Of a DNA stretch of 57,857 nucleotides, positions 27,106 to 35,352 are shown in pieces; the first letter of the stretch is position 1, and each line of letters opens with the position of its first letter. A program made the translations under genes and the position numbers. The notes beneath the pieces are model-generated. The model was not told where the DNA came from, ran no database searches, and saw only the letters and a list, made by a program, of their open reading frames with translations. This stretch comes from a virus. Its lineage: Duplodnaviria; Caudoviricetes. The DNA is taken from IMG/VR virus record IMGVR_UViG_3300043607_000048, positions 1 through 57,857 of that record; one strand, 5' to 3'.

Positions 27106-27178
27106 GGGGGCCGGGGGTAGGGAGTCGGAAACGGCTCGGAGTAACTCCTAAGACGTAAACGTGACTATCACGGTCCCT
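27106..27178 (+). ncRNA. Multi-branched RNA element with GAAA tetraloop
   Basis: Closing stem GGGGCCGGGGGTAG/CTATCACGGTCCC enclosing GAGTCG-GAAA-CGGCTC, GGAG-TAA-CTCC and ACG-TAAA-CGT. Confidence 0.55.
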
Positions 27179-27189
27179 TTTTAAATTTT

Positions 27190-27450
27190 ATGGACACAAA
27201 CGAAAATCAACCAAGCCAGCATCAGGCCAACAAGGTGCTGCGCGTGTTCAAAGGTGAGCGCATGAAATACACGATGCGGCTTCACAAGCTTGACGGTACG
27301 ATCGTGGAATTTCAGTGTAACGAGATGCCCAAGGTGGAGTGGAACGATTCCCTTCGTCGGCCATTTCTTTCAAATCGGGACTGGTCCGGGCACCCCATTA
27401 CGGAATGGGAGCCGGGCATGATCCTGCTCGGTGAAGAAAATCCGAAGTGA
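27190..27450 (+). CDS. Hypothetical protein
   Basis: Single ORF between two structured elements. Confidence 0.6.
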   Translation: MDTNENQPSQHQANKVLRVFKGERMKYTMRLHKLDGTIVEFQCNEMPKVEWNDSLRRPFLSNRDWSGHPITEWEPGMILLGEENPK

Positions 27451-27456
27451 CCTTTT

Positions 27457-27652
27457 GTGTGTTTGGTGGTGGTGCCTGAAGTCGGAAACGGCTCGGGTCA
27501 CGTTGGCGAGTACGCCGATGAAAACCAAACATACTCCTCATTCTTATGCCCGGGTGCTTCTAGTCGGCAACGGCTGGGGCCAATCTAAGATTGTTCCGCA
27601 TCGCGGCTCTACGCGGGCATAAGACTGAGCCTGCCAGCATGAAGCTGGCGGG
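27457..27652 (+). ncRNA. Two tandem multi-branched RNA elements plus leader hairpin
   Basis: Stems GTGTGTTTGGT/ACCAAACATAC and TCTTATGCCCG/CGGGCATAAGA, each enclosing AGTCG-GNRA-CGGCT; then CCTGCCAGC/GCTGGCGGG. Confidence 0.6.
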
Positions 27653-27673
27653 TTAACTGAAAGGAAACGTTAG

Positions 27674-27907
27674 ATGAATACGATAGATGAAGCCTTTGTA
27701 AAAAAGGTAGAGGCCGCGCACTTCCGCACGGTCCACGATACGGGCGCAAATGAGAATGCGCTTTTGATCTGGAACATTGTCCGGGAACACGTGGGCTTGC
27801 CTTGGCTTAAAAAGTCGGACCTGCCGGTGTACTGCGAGACGCATGACACTTACCATTTGTTCCGGGACGGCTACGGCTGCAAACCTAGAACGGAGAGTGT
27901 CCAATGA
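27674..27907 (+). CDS. Hypothetical protein
   Basis: ATG after the leader motif. Confidence 0.6.
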   Translation: MNTIDEAFVKKVEAAHFRTVHDTGANENALLIWNIVREHVGLPWLKKSDLPVYCETHDTYHLFRDGYGCKPRTESVQ

Positions 27908-28125
27908 ATCCGAAAAATGATCCGTTGGTAAAATCTCTCCGCAAGACGTATAGGGAGAGCGCCGTGGGGCAAATCGAAACCCTGATAAAAGAGGAGCGCC
28001 GGTGGAAATCGAAAGAGACGCTGGCCAGCAACAAGCTGCGAGCGGTTCGGGATAAGATTGCCCGGGCGGCGGTCGTGCTGGCCAAGGGTGCCGATGCCCG
28101 GGGCGAAAGGGGGCAAATCCTGTGA
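27904..28125 (+). CDS. Hypothetical coiled-coil protein
   Basis: ATGA coupling. Confidence 0.55.
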   Translation: MNPKNDPLVKSLRKTYRESAVGQIETLIKEERRWKSKETLASNKLRAVRDKIARAAVVLAKGADARGERGQIL

Positions 28126-28421
28126 AAGAGCTTACTGAAATTGAAAAAGCCGCGATGCGGTTGCAGTCTGATTTTCAGGTCAAGATTGCGGAGCGTGCGG
28201 AGCGCGATATTAAAGGCTGGAAGAAACGCGTTACGCGAATGTCGTTCATCATGGACCTTTGCAGCGTGCCGGATTTGGATTTGCCCGCTCTGCTTGCTGC
28301 GCCAGCATTCGATTTCGCGCATGATGTGTGCGGTATCGTTCGGCACATGGATCGCGGTCATTATCCCGGAACACTAACGGACTGCTTTGTTCCTCGGTTT
28401 TCACGCGGGGGTGAGAAGTGA
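28122..28421 (+). CDS. DUF6874-like phage protein
   Basis: MDL...LDL..LL.A..FDFAHDVCGI.RHMDR...L..CFVPRFS. Confidence 0.65.
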   Translation: MKELTEIEKAAMRLQSDFQVKIAERAERDIKGWKKRVTRMSFIMDLCSVPDLDLPALLAAPAFDFAHDVCGIVRHMDRGHYPGTLTDCFVPRFSRGGEK

Positions 28422-28762
28422 GCCAATCATTCAACTGCCATTGCCCGGAGCGGCAGAAGCCGATTGAACGGCGCAACTGGGGCGTGAGTCAGCGTTACTC
28501 CCGGTGCTCCGCGTTTGACGGCTATCAAACAAAGTCCAGCGATTGGTCGTGCATCGTGTGTCTGTCGTGCAACATGACGGGCCGCACCAAAGCCGCGTAC
28601 GTGTCCCACCTGCCAGACCTGAGGCTTGGTGAGGGCGCGCAATGGGAATACGCCACACCGCAACCGCTCAGAGCGCCAACGCCGGAACAAGCCTGCTCGT
28701 TCTGCAAGCTGCCGTCACACCGCACGGAGAATTGTCCGTACATCCAGCGAGGTCCAAAGTGA
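28418..28762 (+). CDS. Cys-rich protein with C-terminal CCHC zinc knuckle
   Basis: CHC, CLSC, and CSFCKLPSHRTENC (CX2CX4HX4C). Confidence 0.6.
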   Translation: MSQSFNCHCPERQKPIERRNWGVSQRYSRCSAFDGYQTKSSDWSCIVCLSCNMTGRTKAAYVSHLPDLRLGEGAQWEYATPQPLRAPTPEQACSFCKLPSHRTENCPYIQRGPK

Positions 28763-29214
28763 AGCGCGGCAAACATCAATTCGAATTGCCCGCTGCCGGG
28801 ATCGGCTCGGTGTTCAACCTGTCGAGCGAGCGCGGCGATGATCCATTCCGTGTCGAGCGCGAGCGCTGGGAGCAATCTGAGCGTCATCGTGAAGCCCGGG
28901 AGTATGCGGCCAAGATGCAAATGCAACTGGAGCAATGCCCGGGGTTCATTGGTGCCGATGCTCCTGAGAGCGACACCGGGCGCGGGCGCATCGTCATTGA
29001 TCCGGTCCGGGTCACTGAGGCGCACGCGTGGCTCAAGCGCCGGTTTCATACCAGCGAGAACCTTGAACTATCTGACAACGGCTTGTGCATAGAGCTAAAG
29101 CCGCGTGTCCGTAGTAAAAGCGTTTGCGCAAATCGAGGTAAGAGATTACCTGTTAGCTTCGAACGGCCAACTCAGTTTGAGCTGGGCCTGAATACTGAAA
29201 CGGAAATTGTCTGA
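28759..29214 (+). CDS. Hypothetical protein
   Basis: Probable GTG at 28759 overlapping the upstream stop. Confidence 0.45.
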   Translation: MKRGKHQFELPAAGIGSVFNLSSERGDDPFRVERERWEQSERHREAREYAAKMQMQLEQCPGFIGADAPESDTGRGRIVIDPVRVTEAHAWLKRRFHTSENLELSDNGLCIELKPRVRSKSVCANRGKRLPVSFERPTQFELGLNTETEIV

Positions 29215-29232
29215 AATATTCTTCTTCTTTTA

Positions 29233-29337
29233 GAGTTGGGACGGTGTTGGATCAGCGCGAGCGGTTCACCGTCTTTTTTGAATCCGGGCCTAATCAGTCA
29301 CCGGCTTCTTTCCTACGGAGTAGCGCCGTCCCAACTT
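29233..29337 (+). ncRNA. Long-stem structured element upstream of 29358
   Basis: GAGTTGGGACGGTGTT pairs with AGCGCCGTCCCAACTT (G.U pairs on the plus strand). Confidence 0.45.
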
Positions 29338-29357
29338 TCATTTCTAAAATTTAACTC

Positions 29358-29606
29358 ATGAAAAATTTAGGTAAACAGATTGTAGTTGTGGACAACGGTT
29401 TTGTTCACGTTGGAGATTGCTCTTTGAACGATGGGCTGCTTTGCATTGAAAATGCCAAGAACATTCGGAAATACGGTACGTCACAAGGGCTTGGTCAACT
29501 GGTGGCTGGGCCAATGAAAGAAACGGTTGCTGATGAGATGGGCACTCTCTTGGTTCCATTGGCGCGGGTTGTGTTTTTTCTTCGCGTGGTGGAGGGCTGG
29601 AAATGA
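29358..29606 (+). CDS. DUF6948-like small beta protein
   Basis: IVVVDNGFVHVG...NAKNIRKYGT..GLGQL..GP; adjacent to a Gly-repeat ORF, as is usual for this family. Confidence 0.6.
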   Translation: MKNLGKQIVVVDNGFVHVGDCSLNDGLLCIENAKNIRKYGTSQGLGQLVAGPMKETVADEMGTLLVPLARVVFFLRVVEGWK

Positions 29607-29971
29607 CTTTTAATTTCGGCGACGGCGACGGCTCCGGCTCCGGCTACGGGCCCGGCTCCGGCTCCGGCTCCGGCTACGGCGACGGCGACGGCTACGGCTA
29701 CGGCGACGGCTACGGCTACGGCTCCGGCTACGGCTCCGGCTCCGGCTCCGGCTACGGCTCCGGCTCCGGCTCCGGCTACGGCTCCGGCTCCGGCTCCGGC
29801 TACGGCTCCGGCTACGGCTCCGGCTACGGCTCCGGCTCTACAATTGCTCGTCACGACTGCGATATTTTAATTAGTCGAATTCTTTTAGCACAGCACATGG
29901 GAACCGCCGCCCTGTGTGGGATGAAAACCAATGGCGGATTATTGAAAGGAAAACGTTTAGCAAAAATATGA
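29603..29971 (+). CDS. Gly-X repeat protein (G[SYD])n
   Basis: ATGA overlaps at both ends; ~37 Gly-X units. Confidence 0.5.
   Translation: MTFNFGDGDGSGSGYGPGSGSGSGYGDGDGYGYGDGYGYGSGYGSGSGSGYGSGSGSGYGSGSGSGYGSGYGSGYGSGSTIARHDCDILISRILLAQHMGTAALCGMKTNGGLLKGKRLAKI
29618..29839 (+). repeat. Hexamer tandem repeat GGC(TCC/TAC/GAC)
   Basis: Directly visible array. Confidence 0.95.
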
Positions 29972-31104
29972 CTCCACAACAGCAAGCCAGTAATCAGCAA
30001 GCGCGCCCTGCGCCGGTCACTTCAACTCGCCCCGCTGGGGGTGCCGCTCCCAAAACCGATTTCGAGCGCCTGATGGATGAAAAGGTGATGATCTATTCAC
30101 CCTTCGGCGCGCCGGAAAAAGACACGATCAAACTCACGGTGAAAATCGTGCAGGATTTGATTGCCGTTCCCACCAAGAGCGGCAAGACCTGCTCTGAGGC
30201 TGATGCCATTCGGTTTATGATGATGTGCAAAGCCAGAAGGCTAAACCCGTTTGAGGGTGACGCGTATCTGATCGGGTACGACACTCAGAACGGGCCTAAG
30301 TTTTCTCTGATCACCGCGCACCAAGCGTTCCTCAAGCGCGCTGAGGTTCATGCGGAATATGACGGCATGACAAGCGGGGTGATCCTGCTGGATGACGGGA
30401 ACATCGTGGAGCGCGAAGGCGATTTCCATTTGCCGGGAGAAACCGTTGTTGGCGGCTGGGCAACCGTCTTTTTAAAAAACCGTTCGCATCCCACGACTCG
30501 AAAGATTCGGCTGGAACGGTTCAATACCAACATGGCGCAATGGGCGAAAGACCCTGCGGGTATGATCGTCAAATGCTCTGAGGCTGATTCGCTTCGCTCC
30601 AGCTTTCCGACACTGGTTGGAGGTCTGTACCTTGACGGTGAAATCGAAATGGATTTTGGAGACATCTCCAAGATTAACACGTCACGACCGCTCTTTGAGA
30701 AGTCAACGCCGCGCACGCGCAAGCCGGAAGCCGCCGCGCCGGAAGCTCCAAAGCCTGAGGCACCGCCTGAGAAACCTGCCGATGATGCTCCCGCGAGCGA
30801 GCCGCCGAACGAGCCGCTGTTTGACCGTGAGGAGGCTGCCCCTGAGCAACCCGCCGCACCTGCACCTGCGCCGGAGCAACCGTCCGGGTTCAATCCACTC
30901 AAAGCGCTCCGCAATCTCCTCAAGGCAGGTGGCTTCAAGGAATCCCACATGCTGGATTTCTGGTCAACGACTGGCGCAACCGATGGCAGTCACTCCTCAC
31001 TGGAGGAGGTCATGATGGCGCTGCCGCTGGTGGTCAGCTCCACGGTTGAAAACTTCTCGCCGGTCGCGGATAAACTCAAGGAACTGAAAGCGGGTGCCAA
31101 GTGA
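29968..31104 (+). CDS. bet: Bet/RecT-family single-strand annealing recombinase
   Basis: FMMMCKARRLNPF..DAYLIGY, YDGMTSG, VGGWATV, W.K.PAGMIVKCSEA.SLR.SFP..GLY..EI. Confidence 0.85.
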   Translation: MTPQQQASNQQARPAPVTSTRPAGGAAPKTDFERLMDEKVMIYSPFGAPEKDTIKLTVKIVQDLIAVPTKSGKTCSEADAIRFMMMCKARRLNPFEGDAYLIGYDTQNGPKFSLITAHQAFLKRAEVHAEYDGMTSGVILLDDGNIVEREGDFHLPGETVVGGWATVFLKNRSHPTTRKIRLERFNTNMAQWAKDPAGMIVKCSEADSLRSSFPTLVGGLYLDGEIEMDFGDISKINTSRPLFEKSTPRTRKPEAAAPEAPKPEAPPEKPADDAPASEPPNEPLFDREEAAPEQPAAPAPAPEQPSGFNPLKALRNLLKAGGFKESHMLDFWSTTGATDGSHSSLEEVMMALPLVVSSTVENFSPVADKLKELKAGAK

Positions 31105-32240
31105 GCGAAACCGTTATTGATCCCATTCGTAAGGGCTGGACGTCTGCCAGCAATGCCGCCGCTGATGCTGCGTGCCCGGGCCGTCACTTGGCGCAACGCG
31201 GCATCCCGGAGCCGCCGAAGTCTGCCGATGCGAGTCACGGCACGCTGATCCACCAAGCGCTTGCTGCTACCGGTGACGATGGCGTGACCCTCAAAAAGCT
31301 GTCACTGGAGCAACGTGAAGTATTCGACGCCTGCCGAGACATTGAAAAGCGCATTGTGTCGGGTTACTTGGGCGACACGAAAGACCCGGTTCGCGTGTGG
31401 CGGCATGAGCGGTCGTGGACAAAGGTGCAGCCGCAAAACTACATGCACTCCGGTGAGGCCGATGTCATCTATCGCTGTGGCAACCGGGCGATAATTGCTG
31501 ACTACAAGACGCTGGCAGGTGATGTGCAGGATTCACCGCGCAACCTACAGCTCCGTGATCTGGCGGTGTTGGTCCGGGGCGCGCTCGTAACTGTAACCGA
31601 AGTGGCTACACTTATCATTCAACCGTTTGTGACGCATACCCCTGAGGTTTGCGTTTACGGCAAAGAGGATTTGGACAAGGCGCAAGCGGAGATGTTTGCG
31701 CGCATCATCGCGTCCAACGATCCAAACTCCCAACGCGTTGCCGGGGAAGCTCAATGCCAATTCTGTTTGGCGGCGAATGGTCACTGTCTGGAAAACCAGA
31801 AATGGGCGAGTCAGATTGCACCGCCGCAATTGCTTACCGTCATGGAGACACCGTTCGCTCTGTGGTCACCGGCGCAAAGGGCGCTGGCGGCGGCTGCGCT
31901 CGGCCCGGCGCTGGACCTGCTGGAGAAGCTCAAGGCGCATCTGAAAGAGGGTCTGGCTAAAGACGCTGAGTTTGTGCCCGGCTTTTATTTGAAGCCCGGC
32001 AATAAACGCGAGACGATCACCAACCCTCAGGAATGTTTCACGCGGTTTGCTGCGCTCGGCGGTACCATGGAGCAATTCATGGGTACGATCGCCGTTGGCA
32101 AGACGGCGCTGAAAGAGGCGGTCAATCAGGTGACCGGAGCAAAAGGAAAACCGCTGGACGCGGCGATGAACGCTCTCACGGTCGGCATCGTGGAAGTGAG
32201 CCAGAACGCACCCAGCCTTAAAAAGAAGGAGGATCAATGA
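31101..32240 (+). CDS. PD-(D/E)XK exonuclease (DUF2800/Cas4-like), partner of Bet
   Basis: SAS...CPG, A..GT.IH, GEADV...IADYKT, NLQL, GEAQCQFC. Confidence 0.8.
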   Translation: MSETVIDPIRKGWTSASNAAADAACPGRHLAQRGIPEPPKSADASHGTLIHQALAATGDDGVTLKKLSLEQREVFDACRDIEKRIVSGYLGDTKDPVRVWRHERSWTKVQPQNYMHSGEADVIYRCGNRAIIADYKTLAGDVQDSPRNLQLRDLAVLVRGALVTVTEVATLIIQPFVTHTPEVCVYGKEDLDKAQAEMFARIIASNDPNSQRVAGEAQCQFCLAANGHCLENQKWASQIAPPQLLTVMETPFALWSPAQRALAAAALGPALDLLEKLKAHLKEGLAKDAEFVPGFYLKPGNKRETITNPQECFTRFAALGGTMEQFMGTIAVGKTALKEAVNQVTGAKGKPLDAAMNALTVGIVEVSQNAPSLKKKEDQ

Positions 32241-32704
32241 GAAGAAAGCCGATGCAGAGTAATACGGTCAGTGTCCATTACAACGGAGTCGAAATCACGT
32301 ACCGGGAACGCGGAAACAAATGGGTATTTGATGTGCGCGGGCGTGAGCGCGAGGCTGACTCGCTGGAGGCGGCAAAGTTGATCATTGACAGACCGGAGCC
32401 GAAGGAGAAGCCGCCGTTTGATCGGTTCAAAGCGTGGTGGGTTAGTTATGGCGATGAGCCTGTGCTCGTGGAAGTAACCAGCGTTGCCCTTGTCACCGCG
32501 AGCTGGCGCAACAACAAAGAGGTTTGGATCACAGAGTATTCGAAGGAACGTAGGAAGGTGAACGCTGCCGACATCTATCCGTGCAACGCGCACAATGACG
32601 CGCTGATCGCGGAGATGAAAACCCTGAGCGCCCGGCAGCATGAGCTGGCCGAAGCTGAGGACGCTGCGAAGAAGAAACTGAAAGCGTTCAAGGTGCCAGC
32701 ATGA
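32237..32704 (+). CDS. Hypothetical protein
   Basis: Coupled gene chain. Confidence 0.6.
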   Translation: MRRKPMQSNTVSVHYNGVEITYRERGNKWVFDVRGREREADSLEAAKLIIDRPEPKEKPPFDRFKAWWVSYGDEPVLVEVTSVALVTASWRNNKEVWITEYSKERRKVNAADIYPCNAHNDALIAEMKTLSARQHELAEAEDAAKKKLKAFKVPA

Positions 32705-33033
32705 GCCGCCGCATCCTCTGCCTGAAATGCGGTGACGACGCGAAGCCGCATCCCGAAGATACCAAAATGGGCATCGGCTTCCGGCGCTGTTACATCTCCC
32801 TGCACGGTCGCGCCGGGCCGGATCACGGCGCAACAGTTATCACCGATACGTCCTCCACGTTCACACATATGCCGGATTATCACTGTGATCGCTGCAACGA
32901 AATCATCTCCGGGCAAATCGCGGTGTGCGTCACCACTACTCCTCCGGGCCGGGAGATTGGCCCTTGGGAGTATGAACACGGCAACGTGATCCCGGATGAA
33001 ACCGTCAACAATTATCGAAAGCTGTCCTCATGA
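32701..33033 (+). CDS. Zinc-binding hypothetical protein
   Basis: CLKC and CDRC. Confidence 0.55.
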   Translation: MSRRILCLKCGDDAKPHPEDTKMGIGFRRCYISLHGRAGPDHGATVITDTSSTFTHMPDYHCDRCNEIISGQIAVCVTTTPPGREIGPWEYEHGNVIPDETVNNYRKLSS

Positions 33034-33263
33034 GCTGGCGCAACGCTGGACACCGCTCAATTCTCCATCGCGGTTATCCCCGGATGGTCGTGCGCTTCAA
33101 CGCCGAAGGCAAAGGTACCGGCAAGCTGCTGTGCAATGAGCTGGAGTTTGTCCAGAACGAGATAGCTGCGGGACGGGTGCCGGATAAGACAATCGAAACT
33201 CTGGTCAAAGACGCTGAGAAAGCTTGGCCTGAACTGAAACCAAAAACTGAAAGGAAAAAGTGA
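33030..33263 (+). CDS. Hypothetical protein
   Basis: ATGA coupling. Confidence 0.55.
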   Translation: MSWRNAGHRSILHRGYPRMVVRFNAEGKGTGKLLCNELEFVQNEIAAGRVPDKTIETLVKDAEKAWPELKPKTERKK

Positions 33264-33538
33264 ACTGGTATTTTACAATCGCTGGTGGGCATACGCACGT
33301 GAGAGTTTTTTTAAACGGCGGCAAGTGCGGTGATCTGTGCTTCCGCAATGAGGAGTTTGAGCAAATCCAAGGAAAATCTACGGGGATAAACTTCTTGGCC
33401 GATGGCGAGCATCCGGTACCGGAGACTGGTCCCTGCGCGCACGATGAAGTGCGTTGGATGCCCGGCACAACTCGCACCGGGATCAAAGTCGGTCACTGCA
33501 TCGCCTGCGGTGAGCAAATCGAAATGGACCTGTCATGA
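33260..33538 (+). CDS. Hypothetical protein
   Basis: GTG after ACTGAAAGGAAA at 33246; C..H and CIAC. Confidence 0.6.
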   Translation: MNWYFTIAGGHTHVRVFLNGGKCGDLCFRNEEFEQIQGKSTGINFLADGEHPVPETGPCAHDEVRWMPGTTRTGIKVGHCIACGEQIEMDLS

Positions 33539-33681
33539 GCCTGTACGATGCTGCCCGGGATACGTGTCACTCAATGGGCCTGCCGTGGACTGATCGTAGA
33601 ACGGGGATCACTTACCCGCCGCCGCGTGCAAAGGTGCTGGAACGCCGCAAGCGCCGGGCCAAACAACGGAGGCGGAAATGA
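33535..33681 (+). CDS. 48-aa basic protein (not in ORF track)
   Basis: MSLYDAARDTCHSMGLPWTDRRTGITYPPP...RRRK; ATGA overlaps on both sides. Confidence 0.5.
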   Translation: MSLYDAARDTCHSMGLPWTDRRTGITYPPPRAKVLERRKRRAKQRRRK

Positions 33682-33827
33682 AGCTCCTCAAGCTTCTCAC
33701 GCTCGGCGCTGCGGTCGCTGGAGCCGCCGCAATGGCACCGGAGCGGCATCAGGGCGCGGTGATCGTCGGCCTGATCCTCGTTTTCTCCGGGCGTATGCTG
33801 TGGAGACTGTGGACGTTCAACGGATGA
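33678..33827 (+). CDS. 49-aa two-helix membrane protein (not in ORF track)
   Basis: MKLLKLLTLGAAVAGAAAMAPERHQGAVIVGLILVFSGRMLWRLWTFNG. Confidence 0.45.
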   Translation: MKLLKLLTLGAAVAGAAAMAPERHQGAVIVGLILVFSGRMLWRLWTFNG

Positions 33828-33835
33828 AACCTTTT

Positions 33836-33904
33836 GGGGTGTTGGCGGTTAAGTTGTGCGACAACAAGCGCACTCCTTTCGTTCGCCGCTAACACCCCTT
33901 TTTT
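33836..33904 (+). terminator. Long hairpin with T-tract (terminator or attenuator)
   Basis: GGGGTGTTGGCGG/CCGCTAACACCCC followed by TTTTTT. Confidence 0.5.
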
Positions 33905-34096
33905 ATGACCCGCAAAAAATGGAATCGGCTCAGGCGGCAGCGCCCGGAGCTGTTTTACGGTTTTGCTAATACTTGCTGGGAGAGGATGAATCCAAAAGCC
34001 CGCTGGTGGATCGTAAGGCAGTCCAAGCGTGACATGATTGCCCGGCTCACGTCATTCACCCTCAACGACAAAAAGCGTTTGCCGGAATGGGAATAA
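33905..34096 (+). CDS. Hypothetical basic protein
   Basis: ATG right after the hairpin. Confidence 0.5.
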   Translation: MTRKKWNRLRRQRPELFYGFANTCWERMNPKARWWIVRQSKRDMIARLTSFTLNDKKRLPEWE

Positions 34097-34149
34097 CTTG
34101 TGAACAACTCAGGATTGACCATTGCGCTCGACTGGGTTAAAACCCCACC

Positions 34150-34425
34150 TGTCAGTGATGGCCTAGACTGGCGATAGGGCTTGAAAAAATGAAGCAGTAA
34201 GAACAAATTCACTTTGCTCAGTGTGGCCGCAAGGCTGGCCTACTGCTTCAATCTTCAAGAAAGGTCGCCAGCACTGAGCGCTTCTTTTTAGCCTGCCCCA
34301 CTGATCGGCTCTGTACGCAGCAAGCTCTGCCTTCGATAGCGGCAACTTGGACAACCCTTAACAGGATGGAGTAGCAGCCTCACGCCCCGGTTACGGCTGC
34401 AAGCTACCTGCCAGCCATGAAGGGT
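34150..34425 (+). ncRNA. Candidate structured RNA / long leader
   Basis: Nested stems TCAGTG/CACTGA, CTGGCGAT/GTCGCCAG, CTTGAA/TTCAAG, TGAAGCAGTA/TACTGCTTCA with a GCC-GCAA-GGC loop; no convincing ORF. Confidence 0.5.
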
Positions 34426-34912
34426 GATGCGTGGGAAGGGGCGGCAAAATGCTTGGCTCCAACGAATGAGAAACAGGCCCGGACCTTGGTGCTGGTGTAA
34501 GCCAAGGGAAAGCTATCGCTTTCACCAACGAATGAGAAGTTTTATGCTTAATGTAATCGGCTATCCTCGGCGGTTGTCCGAGTTTGAGATGCAAGCGACA
34601 ATCTACAGCGCGTTGAGAGCTATGAAGGTCGATTGTCGCGGCTGCGTCCCGGCTCGGTGTGAAGATTTCGGGCGGCATCCGAAGTGCTATTTTGATTTAG
34701 TGGTGTTCGGCAGAAACAAAATGCCGGTCGTGATCGTTGAGGTAAAAGTGAGGCGTGAGAAGTCTCCTGAGGCCCGGTTAGGTTCCCGCCAGCATCGCCG
34801 GTATTCAAAATTCAACGTCCCGCTGGTTGTCTGTGATCGTGAGTCGAAGATTTTCCCAACGGTTGACCGAGTGATTGAGCTGGCTTGGAAGTCTGGAGGA
34901 ATCAGTTTATGA
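34424..34912 (+). CDS. PD-(D/E)XK restriction-endonuclease-fold protein
   Basis: SEFEMQA...FDLVVF...IVEVK...Q..RY; start uncertain. Confidence 0.65.
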   Translation: MMRGKGRQNAWLQRMRNRPGPWCWCKPRESYRFHQRMRSFMLNVIGYPRRLSEFEMQATIYSALRAMKVDCRGCVPARCEDFGRHPKCYFDLVVFGRNKMPVVIVEVKVRREKSPEARLGSRQHRRYSKFNVPLVVCDRESKIFPTVDRVIELAWKSGGISL

Positions 34913-35352
34913 AATCGGCCCGCACCGAGATGTTGCTACGTCCCTCAATGGAGGAGTGCATTGCCGCCGCCGCCAAGTGTGATCCTCCGATGCCTGCGGC
35001 TGAGGGCAGGAAATTCTTTTACCATTACGAGAGCAACGGCTGGAAGGTTGGCAAGGTGGTGATGAAATCTTTTGCCGGGTCAATGGGCGGGTGGCATGAG
35101 CGCTGGCTGGAGAGGACGGGTGGGAATTCTCCTCAGGGCAACGGGAACGGTGATCATGGGCCTGCCCCGATGACGGGCGCGCAACTGATGCTCAAGCAGA
35201 AGGAGTATGAGCGCATCCTTGCCCGGCAGAAACAGATTCGGGACAGCTACGATTCTCACGCGGATTGTATGCGGCCTTCGGATCGCGCTGAGTGGTTGAA
35301 GCTGGTAGCGCGGAAGAAGCTTTTAAAAGCGGAGCTGGGGATCGTGATATGA
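34909..35352 (+). CDS. Protein with the C-terminal domain typical of phage replication initiators
   Basis: RPSMEEC...KFFYHYESNGWKVGK..MKSF...W matches the P..EE..F..YY..NGWKVG..MK.W pattern. Confidence 0.6.
   Translation: MKSARTEMLLRPSMEECIAAAAKCDPPMPAAEGRKFFYHYESNGWKVGKVVMKSFAGSMGGWHERWLERTGGNSPQGNGNGDHGPAPMTGAQLMLKQKEYERILARQKQIRDSYDSHADCMRPSDRAEWLKLVARKKLLKAELGIVI

Larger units (their letters stand above)
21095..27667 (+). repeat. Dispersed family of seven structured leaders ending in ACTGAAAGGAAA
   Basis: Motif at 21121 (GGCAAA variant), 21673, 22455, 23068, 24446, 26214 and 27656, each after a hairpin with an AAT-starting or ATGAA loop and 2-8 nt before a start codon. Confidence 0.8.

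Noticed and set aside
27457-27534. Hammerhead ribozyme (CTGA...GAAA in a branched fold)
   Set aside because: The CUGANGA core is not intact or correctly placed relative to the stems.
21600-27667. Integron attC cassette array
   Set aside because: No consistent RYYYAAC/GTTRRRY ends and no tyrosine recombinase in the genome.
29618-29839. CRISPR array
   Set aside because: Contiguous hexamers with no unique spacers; a coding Gly-X repeat.
31101-32240. cas4 of a CRISPR system
   Set aside because: No array or other cas genes; coupled to bet as a recombination exonuclease.
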